From: an uncultured Eubacteriales bacterium
GTDB lineage: Bacteria; Bacillota; Clostridia; TANB77; RGIG9151
NCBI GenBank assembly: GCA_964478905.1
Contig: CAYZJZ010000021.1
Location: forward strand, 1-13,733
Length of the DNA stretch: 13,733 nt
Direction of reading: 5' to 3'
Shown: positions 7,888 through 13,733 of the stretch, one piece after another
How the letters are laid out: every line of letters starts with the position of its first letter
Numbering within the stretch: position 1 is the stretch's first letter
Made by a program: the position numbers and the translations under genes
Notes under the pieces: generated by a model
Database searches by the model: none
What the model was told of the DNA's origin: nothing
Seen by the model: only the letters and a program-made list of their open reading frames with translations

Positions 7888-9351
7888 CTATTCAACTCCC
7901 TTTTTCGTCAGTTTTTCAAATTGTTCAACAACTTGCTCTCTATCATCAAAATGTATTGTACCGGTATTTAATATCTGATATGGTTCATGACCTTTTCCGG
8001 CAATAACAATTACATCATCTTTTTTAGCAATTTCCAAAGCTTTATATATAGCCTTTGCTCTATCAGATTCTCTAAAGTAATTATCAGTAACCTTCTTTAT
8101 ACCTTCTTCAACCTCATTTACTATAACTTCCGGATCTTCACTTCTAGGGTTATCCGACGTAACAATAGTAATATCCGCTAATTTCCCGGAAATTTCCCCC
8201 ATAATAGGACGTTTAGTTTTATCTCGGTCTCCGCCACAACCAAATACACAAATTATTCTTCCCTTCACATATTCACGAGTTGCAAGCAAAATATTTTTCA
8301 AACTATCCGGAGAATGTGCATAATCTACCATAACAGTATAATCTGTTCCAATATCAACAATTTCACTTCTACCTGGTACTTTTAAATCATCAAATCCAGC
8401 TTGGATTTCATTAGCATTACAGCCAAACTCCTTAGCAACAGAGATCGCCGTAAGCGAATTATACACAGAAAATTTTCCTGGAATTTTTACTGTATATTTA
8501 ATTTCCTCATTTCCTGACTTTTCAGTAAAACTTACATATCCTGACGTAATTTCTATATTTTCAATCTCAATATCCGCATGATTATCCACTGCAAACGACT
8601 TTTTATCCCCAACTATTTCATTAAATAGTCTTTTTCCGTATTCATCATCAATATTTACAAAGCTTTTTTTACACATTCCAAATAAAATTTTCTTCGCTTG
8701 ATAGTAATTTTCGAAATTTTTGTGATAATCTAAATGATCTTGACTTAAATTTGTAAAACAAGCATATTCAAAATTACTTCCATATACTCTATCTAAATCA
8801 AGCGCATGAGAAGAAACTTCCATAACAACGGCATCTACATTTTCATCCGCCATTTGCTTAAATAATCTTTGAAGCTCAATCGCATCAGGAGTAGTATTAT
8901 TAGACGTTTTTAACTTTTTATCTCCGATTCTGGACTCTATCGTTCCTATTAATCCGACTTTAAGCCCTTTTTTCTCCAAAATAGACTTTATCATATATGT
9001 CGTAGTAGTCTTTCCTTTTGTTCCTGTAATCCCTATAAGTTTAAATTTATCAGACGGATTTTCAAAGAAATTACAAGAAATCTTTGCGATAGACTTCCTA
9101 CCCGCTTCTATTCTAACAAACTTAGCTTCATTTTCAATGTCAATTTCTTTTTGAGTAATTAAAACTTTTGCACCTTTTTCTAAAGCATCTTTAGCGTATT
9201 GATGCCCATCAAACTTAGTTCCTTCAAGACATAAAAACGCACAATCATCAGTCACATTTCTTGAGTCGCCTGTTATATCATATATTTCTTCATCCAAACT
9301 AACATTTAATTCAATAATCTCTACACCTTTTAATATCTCTCTAAGTTTCAA
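7888..9351 (-). CDS. murE: UDP-N-acetylmuramoyl-L-alanyl-D-glutamate--2,6-diaminopimelate ligase (MurE; DNPR motif suggests the meso-DAP type)
   Basis: Mur ligase P-loop GITGTKGKTTT, DNPRSEDP near the C-terminus, and the dcw position. The ORF track begins at GTG 9360, but AAGGGGAG abuts that codon. TTG at 9351 has 8 nt spacing and gives MKLREILKGV... Confidence 0.93.
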   Translation of the reverse strand: MKLREILKGVEIIELNVSLDEEIYDITGDSRNVTDDCAFLCLEGTKFDGHQYAKDALEKGAKVLITQKEIDIENEAKFVRIEAGRKSIAKISCNFFENPSDKFKLIGITGTKGKTTTTYMIKSILEKKGLKVGLIGTIESRIGDKKLKTSNNTTPDAIELQRLFKQMADENVDAVVMEVSSHALDLDRVYGSNFEYACFTNLSQDHLDYHKNFENYYQAKKILFGMCKKSFVNIDDEYGKRLFNEIVGDKKSFAVDNHADIEIENIEITSGYVSFTEKSGNEEIKYTVKIPGKFSVYNSLTAISVAKEFGCNANEIQAGFDDLKVPGRSEIVDIGTDYTVMVDYAHSPDSLKNILLATREYVKGRIICVFGCGGDRDKTKRPIMGEISGKLADITIVTSDNPRSEDPEVIVNEVEEGIKKVTDNYFRESDRAKAIYKALEIAKKDDVIVIAGKGHEPYQILNTGTIHFDDREQVVEQFEKLTKKGVE

Positions 9352-9377
9352 TTTTAACACTCCCCTTAATTTTTTAG

Positions 9378-11549
9378 TTAATCCACTTCAGTTATCTTAA
9401 ATTGAACACTAACTATACTTCCACGCTCAACCATTTCTCCAGCCTTTGGAGTTTGTTCGCTCGCAGTTCCCAGTCCTTCTATCGAAATATTTAGCGAAAC
9501 ATTTTTCAAAAGATTAGTCGCTTCAGAAATACTTTTTCCAAAAACATCCGGAACAATAACTGTAGACTTTGTTGCATCTTCCTCAGTATATAAAATTATA
9601 GATGAATTTGCAATTACCTCTATATTCGGCTTAGGTATTTGATCTTTTATAGTAGCATTATCATCAGACTTACCATTTATACTATATTTTAGCCCGGCTT
9701 CTTTTAATTTTACTCTAGCCTCATTTACAGTAAGACCTCTTACCTCCGGAACAATTACTCCTGTTTCAGTATCATCTATATTAGGCTGAATTTTTAAATA
9801 TCCCATTGTATCTTCAATAATTTCCTTTACAACAGGAGCTGCAATAGCTCCTCCACCATGACTCGCACCTTTTGGATCAAATAACGCTACTAATACAGCA
9901 ACTTCAGGATTATTCGCCGGTGCAATTCCGACAAACGACGCAACATACCAAGTAGCCTCTCCAATCCCTTGCTCTCCTGTTCCAGTTTTTCCTCCAACAT
10001 CATATCCCTTTATATATGCGTTTCCTCCGGTACCCTCAGATACTACTTTCTCCATCATCCCGCAAACAGTCTCAGCAGTTTGTTTAGATATTACCTGACG
10101 TACAACTTTCGGGTCATTTGTAGACAATATATTTCCATCATCATCTCTAATTTCTTTAACAAGTCTCGGCTCCATAAGTTTTCCTTCATTAGCAACAGCA
10201 GAAATCGCTGTAATCAATTCAATAGGCGTAATGTTAAATCTTTGACCAAAAGCCGCAGTAGCAAGTTCTGTATCTCCAACCTTTTGAATTGAATGGAAAA
10301 CTCCACTCGCCTCTCCCGGTAAATCTATACCGGTTTTCTCCATAAAGCCGAAAGCATCTACATACTTATAAAAAATTTCTTTTCCAATTTTAAGACCAAT
10401 TTGTATAAAAGCAGGGTTACAAGAATTCCCTAAAGCCTCAGTAAAAGTTTGTGTTCCGTGTGGACGATAGTATCTCCAACACTTCATCTTAGCTCCTCCA
10501 ACAGTCATAGACCCGGAGCAATTAAAATGATCTTCACAAGTAGCAACACCAGAATCAAGCGCAGCACTTGTAGTTATAACCTTAAATGTAGAGCCCGGTT
10601 CATAAGTATCCGAAATCGCCTTATTTCTCCACATATTTTCTCTAATCTTCTTCTTTTCATCAGAGGACATAACATCCCACGAAATCGCCTGTTCATCATT
10701 ATACGGACCAAATGCCTCGTTCGGATTAAAATCAGGCTTAACCGCCATAGCGAGTACATCTCCGGTAGACGGTTTCATAACTATCGCAACTCCACCCTTT
10801 GCACAATCGTTATCTATAACAGCCTTTTCCAAATATTTTTCAGCAAAATATTGGATTGAAGAATCTATACTAAGAACTAAGTTTCTACCGTTCTGGGGCG
10901 CATAATACTGTTCGGAACTAAGAGGAATATCATTTCCCTTTCCGTCTGTTTCAGAAATAATTCTTCCCGGAATTCCGGTTAAAATATCCTCATACGTTTT
11001 CTCAATTCCGTAAAGGCCTTGATTATCCGTTCCAACAAAACCTAAAACATGAGAAGCTAAACTATTATTAGGATAGTATCTTTTAGTCGACTCATCTATT
11101 TTCACACCGGCAGTTTTTGTATCAGATATCCAAGTCCTAAGTAAATCCGTAGTTTCCTTAGTCACATTTTTAGCAATAGTTACTAACGCCGTTTTTGACG
11201 TTACCTTTTTATAAATATCTTCATATTGAAGATTAAGTAAATCCGCTAATTTTTGAGATAATTCCTCAGGATTTTTAACTTGAGTAGGAGTCACACTTAT
11301 AGTCTCCATAGATGCACTAATTGCAAGCACTTTTCCGTCCGAAGAATATACAGTTCCACGCGCCGAATTTATAGTTCTATCTCTTGTTTGTTGGTCATAC
11401 GCAAGCTCTTGAAGACGCGGACTGTCTACAATTTGAATCCAAGCAAGGCGTACAATAAGTAAACTCAACGCAATTATAACCAACGCAAATAAGCACATCA
11501 TCCTTCTTCTAATTCCAAGTTTCATAGCACCTTTTTTCAATTTTATCAA
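9378..11549 (-). CDS. Class B penicillin-binding protein (FtsI/PBP2B/SpoVD-like transpeptidase) with two C-terminal PASTA domains
   Basis: 723 aa. N-terminal membrane anchor (MMCLFALVIIALSLLIV). Transpeptidase motifs are STFK, SCN (SxN) and KTGT. Start is uncertain: TTG 11549 has an SD-like GGAAGG only 2 nt away, and ATG at 11525 (MKLGIRRR...) is an equally plausible start. Confidence 0.93.
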   Translation of the reverse strand: MIKLKKGAMKLGIRRRMMCLFALVIIALSLLIVRLAWIQIVDSPRLQELAYDQQTRDRTINSARGTVYSSDGKVLAISASMETISVTPTQVKNPEELSQKLADLLNLQYEDIYKKVTSKTALVTIAKNVTKETTDLLRTWISDTKTAGVKIDESTKRYYPNNSLASHVLGFVGTDNQGLYGIEKTYEDILTGIPGRIISETDGKGNDIPLSSEQYYAPQNGRNLVLSIDSSIQYFAEKYLEKAVIDNDCAKGGVAIVMKPSTGDVLAMAVKPDFNPNEAFGPYNDEQAISWDVMSSDEKKKIRENMWRNKAISDTYEPGSTFKVITTSAALDSGVATCEDHFNCSGSMTVGGAKMKCWRYYRPHGTQTFTEALGNSCNPAFIQIGLKIGKEIFYKYVDAFGFMEKTGIDLPGEASGVFHSIQKVGDTELATAAFGQRFNITPIELITAISAVANEGKLMEPRLVKEIRDDDGNILSTNDPKVVRQVISKQTAETVCGMMEKVVSEGTGGNAYIKGYDVGGKTGTGEQGIGEATWYVASFVGIAPANNPEVAVLVALFDPKGASHGGGAIAAPVVKEIIEDTMGYLKIQPNIDDTETGVIVPEVRGLTVNEARVKLKEAGLKYSINGKSDDNATIKDQIPKPNIEVIANSSIILYTEEDATKSTVIVPDVFGKSISEATNLLKNVSLNISIEGLGTASEQTPKAGEMVERGSIVSVQFKITEVD
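9381..9758 (-). other. Tandem PASTA domains at the C-terminus of the PBP
   Basis: Two ~60-aa repeats, each opening with VIVP(E/D)V.G: VIVPEVRGLTVNEARVKLKEAGL... and VIVPDVFGKSISEATNLLKNVSL... Confidence 0.8.
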
Positions 11550-11562
11550 AACCTTCCACTTT

Positions 11563-11640
11563 TATTCTACATAGGTAAAGAAAATGAGTATTTAAATTTG
11601 AAAAGTATAAAGCCTGATTACATATTCTACGTAGTAAAAG
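11563..11640. repeat. Imperfect 18-bp direct repeat (two copies, start-to-start 60 bp) in the ftsL-PBP spacer
   Basis: Plus strand tattctacataggtaaag (11563..11580) against tattctacgtagtaaaag (11623..11640), 15/18 identical. On the coding strand each copy contains GTAGAATA. Confidence 0.5.
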
Positions 11641-11664
11641 CTTCGACACTACCAAATAAAACAC

Positions 11665-12129
11665 TCATTTAAAAAATTCAATGATATTAAATAATATTTC
11701 CTCAAACCAATTTTTATTCTCATTAACAACTTTATTATCAATTAAATCTTGTTTGTTTACATTAATATACTCAATTTGATAATTTTGGGGCTTTTGAAGT
11801 CCTAAATTCTCTTTAGCATATTCCTCAACATAACTTAAATTCACACTCTGTTCAGCCAGTAATTGTAGCTGTGCATTAGCATTATTTAATTCAGTAAGTT
11901 CTTTCTTTAAGCTTATGTTTTCCATACTCATATTATTCAACATAGCATAGCGATAAACTATCGTAAGCGCTACTGAAAAAGACACAACACCCAAAAAAAC
12001 TTTTCTTCTTATTTTTTTATTTTTCTTTGGGATTACTTGTTTCTGTTGATTTTCTTCTTTTTTAGGTTGAGCTATCGGCTCATTAATAAAATCATCATAC
12101 ATATAATCTTCTTGCCTAAGTGGCGCCAT
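11665..12129 (-). CDS. ftsL: Cell division protein FtsL (bitopic, coiled-coil)
   Basis: Position between rsmH and the PBP gene. A charged N-terminus is followed by a single TM helix (VFLGVVSFSVALTIVY) and then a leucine-rich coiled-coil segment (LKKELTELNNANAQLQLLAEQ). GGAGGTG (12142..12136) lies 8 nt before ATG 12129 (MAPLRQEDY..., 154 aa). The track's TTG/ATG at 12147/12144 overlap the SD. Confidence 0.8.
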   Translation of the reverse strand: MAPLRQEDYMYDDFINEPIAQPKKEENQQKQVIPKKNKKIRRKVFLGVVSFSVALTIVYRYAMLNNMSMENISLKKELTELNNANAQLQLLAEQSVNLSYVEEYAKENLGLQKPQNYQIEYINVNKQDLIDNKVVNENKNWFEEILFNIIEFFK

Positions 12130-12151
12130 AGCTCTCACCTCCATCAAAGAA

Positions 12152-12296
12152 CTTTAGTAACAAAACAGGGGCTACAAACGTTGCCCCCGTCTTCTCCTTA
12201 GTAAATTAAAACTTCTTTAGTAAATTTTATAGGTTTTTTTCTTTTGTAGATTTTTAAATTTTAACTTTTGTATTTTAGATTTCTTATCTTTAGTAA
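12152..12296. repeat. Reiterated 9-mer CTTTAGTAA (TTACTAAAG on the coding strand) in the rsmH-ftsL spacer
   Basis: Exact copies at 12152..12160, 12215..12223 and 12288..12296. One-mismatch copy cCTTAGTAA at 12196..12204. Degenerate copies cttttgtag (12241) and cttttgtat (12265). Confidence 0.5.
12157..12190 (-). terminator. GC-rich stem-loop plus U-rich tail (intrinsic terminator/attenuator-like) about 30 nt upstream of the ftsL start codon
   Basis: Minus-strand RNA: ACGGGGGC-AACGUUUGUA-GCCCCUGU followed by UUUGUUAC. The 8-bp stem includes one G.U pair that would be an A-C mismatch on the plus strand, so the structure is better on the coding strand. It is the only GC-rich patch in an AT-rich spacer. 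Confidence 0.4.
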
Positions 12297-12322
12297 TTTA
12301 TAATTTTTTCTTATGTATATAT

Positions 12323-12346
12323 GTTAAAAGGGGGATGCCCTTTAAC
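12323..12346 (-). other. Stem-loop immediately after the rsmH stop codon
   Basis: Minus strand GUUAAAGGG-CAUCC-CCCUUUUAAC: a 9-bp stem with one bulged U, starting 3 nt after TAG. The tail AUAUAUACAUAAG is not U-rich, so this is not a canonical intrinsic terminator. Confidence 0.25.
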
Positions 12347-12349
12347 AGT

Positions 12350-13285
12350 CTAAATTTTTTCGGCAACTCTAAGTTTCGCACTATGAGCTCTTAAATTATC
12401 ATTTAGCTCATCGTCCGTAGACGTTATCGGCTTTTTACTTAAAATCTTTACAGTTTTTTTCTTATTGCAAACACATTTTGGAAAGTCCGGCGGGCAAATG
12501 CACCCTTTAGCCGACTCGTTAAAAACATCTTTAACAATTCTATCCTCTAATGAATGAAAACTTATAATACAAATCCTACCTTTAGGATTTAGTACATCTA
12601 TCGCATCAAAAATCGCCTTTTTAAGGCTTTCTATTTCTCCATTTACCTCAATTCTTACAGCTTGGAATATTCGTTTAGCAGGATGTCCTCCTTCAACCCT
12701 AGCTCCCGCAGGAACAGCAGCTTTTATAACATCTACAAGTTCAAACGTAGTCTTTATAGGAGCGTCTTTACGTCTTTCAACTATAAAATCCGCGATTCTA
12801 ACAGACCATTTTTCTTCGCCGTAATCTCTAAAAATTCTTATTAAATCTTCTTTGGTATATTGGTTTACTACATATTCAGCAGTAAGTTTATCATTAGTAT
12901 TCATTCTCATATCCAGCGGAGCATCATAACGATAACTAAATCCTCGCTCGGGAGTATCAAGTTGATAAGATGAAACTCCCAAGTCGAGTAATATCCCATC
13001 TACTCCTGTAATATTTAAATTACTTAGTACATCTTTTATATTCTTATAATTGTCGTTAACTAAATTTACAGTAGGTTTCACATCAGAAAGTCTACTGCGT
13101 GAAACATTTATTGCGGTCATATCTCTATCTATTCCAATTAAAGTTCCTTCGTCATTCAACAACTTCGCAATCTCTAAGGAATGACCCGCACCGCCTAAAG
13201 TTCCGTCCAAATAAATACCATTTGGTTTAATATTAAGATTACAAATGCACTCATTTAACAGTACCGGCTTATGTACAAATTCCAT
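12350..13285 (-). CDS. rsmH: 16S rRNA (cytosine1402-N4)-methyltransferase RsmH (MraW)
   Basis: [18 protein letters not shown] (SAM site), [25 protein letters not shown] and [18 protein letters not shown] (13298..13293) lies 7 nt before ATG 13285. The track's GTG 13291 is too close to the SD. Confidence 0.96.
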   Translation of the reverse strand: MEFVHKPVLLNECICNLNIKPNGIYLDGTLGGAGHSLEIAKLLNDEGTLIGIDRDMTAINVSRSRLSDVKPTVNLVNDNYKNIKDVLSNLNITGVDGILLDLGVSSYQLDTPERGFSYRYDAPLDMRMNTNDKLTAEYVVNQYTKEDLIRIFRDYGEEKWSVRIADFIVERRKDAPIKTTFELVDVIKAAVPAGARVEGGHPAKRIFQAVRIEVNGEIESLKKAIFDAIDVLNPKGRICIISFHSLEDRIVKDVFNESAKGCICPPDFPKCVCNKKKTVKILSKKPITSTDDELNDNLRAHSAKLRVAEKI

Positions 13286-13313
13286 TTCCACACTCCTTAA
13301 AATAACCTTTCTT

Positions 13314-13733
13314 TTAGATGCCGAGCATCGCCATTTTTTCAGCTAACTCATCAGCTTCTAAGTCCTCAGCCTCGCTATAACTATCCCATTTATCTTGGCT
13401 CCAAATTTCAACTCTATTGGATACACCGATTATAACAAGATCTTTACTTAGTCCGGCATGTTCTCTTAACATTGGTGGTATCAACGTACGTCCTTGTTTA
13501 TCAATTTCACATTCAACAGCTCCCGCAAAAAAGAACCTCACGAATGCTCTTGCGTCCTTGTTTGTAAGTGGTAAAGTTTTAATCTTTTCCTCGAAATTCG
13601 CCCATTCTTCTTTCGAATATGCAAATAAGCAACCATCTAAACCTTTAGTCAAGACAAACTTATCGCCCAAGCCATCTCTAAACTTAGCCGGAACAATAAT
13701 TCTACCCTTAACGTCTAAACTATGTCTATATTC
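13314..13733 (-). CDS. mraZ: Transcriptional regulator MraZ (5' end truncated by the window edge, probably only ~4 codons missing)
   Basis: The reading frame stays open to base 13733: [39 protein letters not shown]... Both MraZ half-domain motifs D.KGR...P are present ([13 protein letters not shown] and [14 protein letters not shown]). The track's TTG at 13670 is internal. Confidence 0.93.
   Translation of the reverse strand, partial: EYRHSLDVKGRIIVPAKFRDGLGDKFVLTKGLDGCLFAYSKEEWANFEEKIKTLPLTNKDARAFVRFFFAGAVECEIDKQGRTLIPPMLREHAGLSKDLVIIGVSNRVEIWSQDKWDSYSEAEDLEADELAEKMAMLGI

Noticed and set aside
11564-11630. TAGAAT hexamers in the ftsL-PBP spacer as sigma-A -10 boxes
   Set aside because: No acceptable TTGACA-like -35 lies at 16-19 bp from either hexamer (best candidates match 2-3 of 6). 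The TG preceding one copy is mis-spaced for an extended -10.
12196-12201. Strong SD-like AAGGAG in the rsmH-ftsL spacer as the RBS of another hidden small ORF
   Set aside because: No ATG/GTG/TTG lies at 5-10 nt. The nearest TTG is 17 nt away and is immediately followed by TAG.
7987-12844. Other plus-strand ORFs (7987..8181, 9969..10292, 10449..10859, 11280..11462, 12662..12844) and the out-of-frame minus ORF 10574..10759
   Set aside because: All are embedded in murE, the PBP gene or rsmH, whose frames carry unmistakable catalytic motifs. The translations are S/R/I/F/N-rich junk with no ribosome-binding sites.
1-13733. CRISPR arrays, tRNA/rRNA genes, IS elements, prophage remnants, inverted terminal repeats
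   Set aside because: There are no spaced identical repeats of 25-40 bp and no cloverleaf-capable GC-rich segments. I see no transposase, integrase or recombinase motifs in any frame. The only non-coding stretches over 100 bp are the two dcw spacers described above.

Overview
AT-rich (about 30% GC by eye) chromosomal segment that looks like a low-GC Gram-positive (Firmicutes/Clostridia-like) genome. All 13 genes I can support lie on the minus strand, mostly with 2-50 bp spacers. In transcription order (right to left) there is first a division/cell-wall (dcw) block: mraZ (5' end cut by the window edge), rsmH, ftsL, a class B penicillin-binding protein with two PASTA domains, murE, mraY and an FtsW/SpoVE-type SEDS protein. 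Then come polA, a membrane-anchored SLT-family lytic transglycosylase and a ComEB-type dCMP deaminase. Last is a three-gene biotin-dependent acyl-CoA decarboxylase/carboxyltransferase module: a divergent carboxyltransferase, a 59-codon ORF missing from the supplied ORF track, and a biotin carrier protein. I see no tRNA/rRNA, CRISPR array, transposase/integrase, toxin-antitoxin or recognisable defence genes. This is core housekeeping DNA, and I do not find a convincing novel multi-gene system. The least explained items are: (1) the unlisted small ORF with a perfect Shine-Dalgarno inside the decarboxylase module; (2) a carboxyltransferase whose canonical motifs are heavily substituted; (3) an unusually long (about 220 bp) rsmH-ftsL spacer holding a reiterated 9-mer and a GC-rich hairpin with a U-tract just before ftsL; (4) an imperfect 18-bp direct repeat in the ftsL-PBP spacer. 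All product calls rest on motifs I recognise in the translations, since no database search was possible. Several ORF-track 5' ends appear over-extended and are corrected from Shine-Dalgarno spacing.
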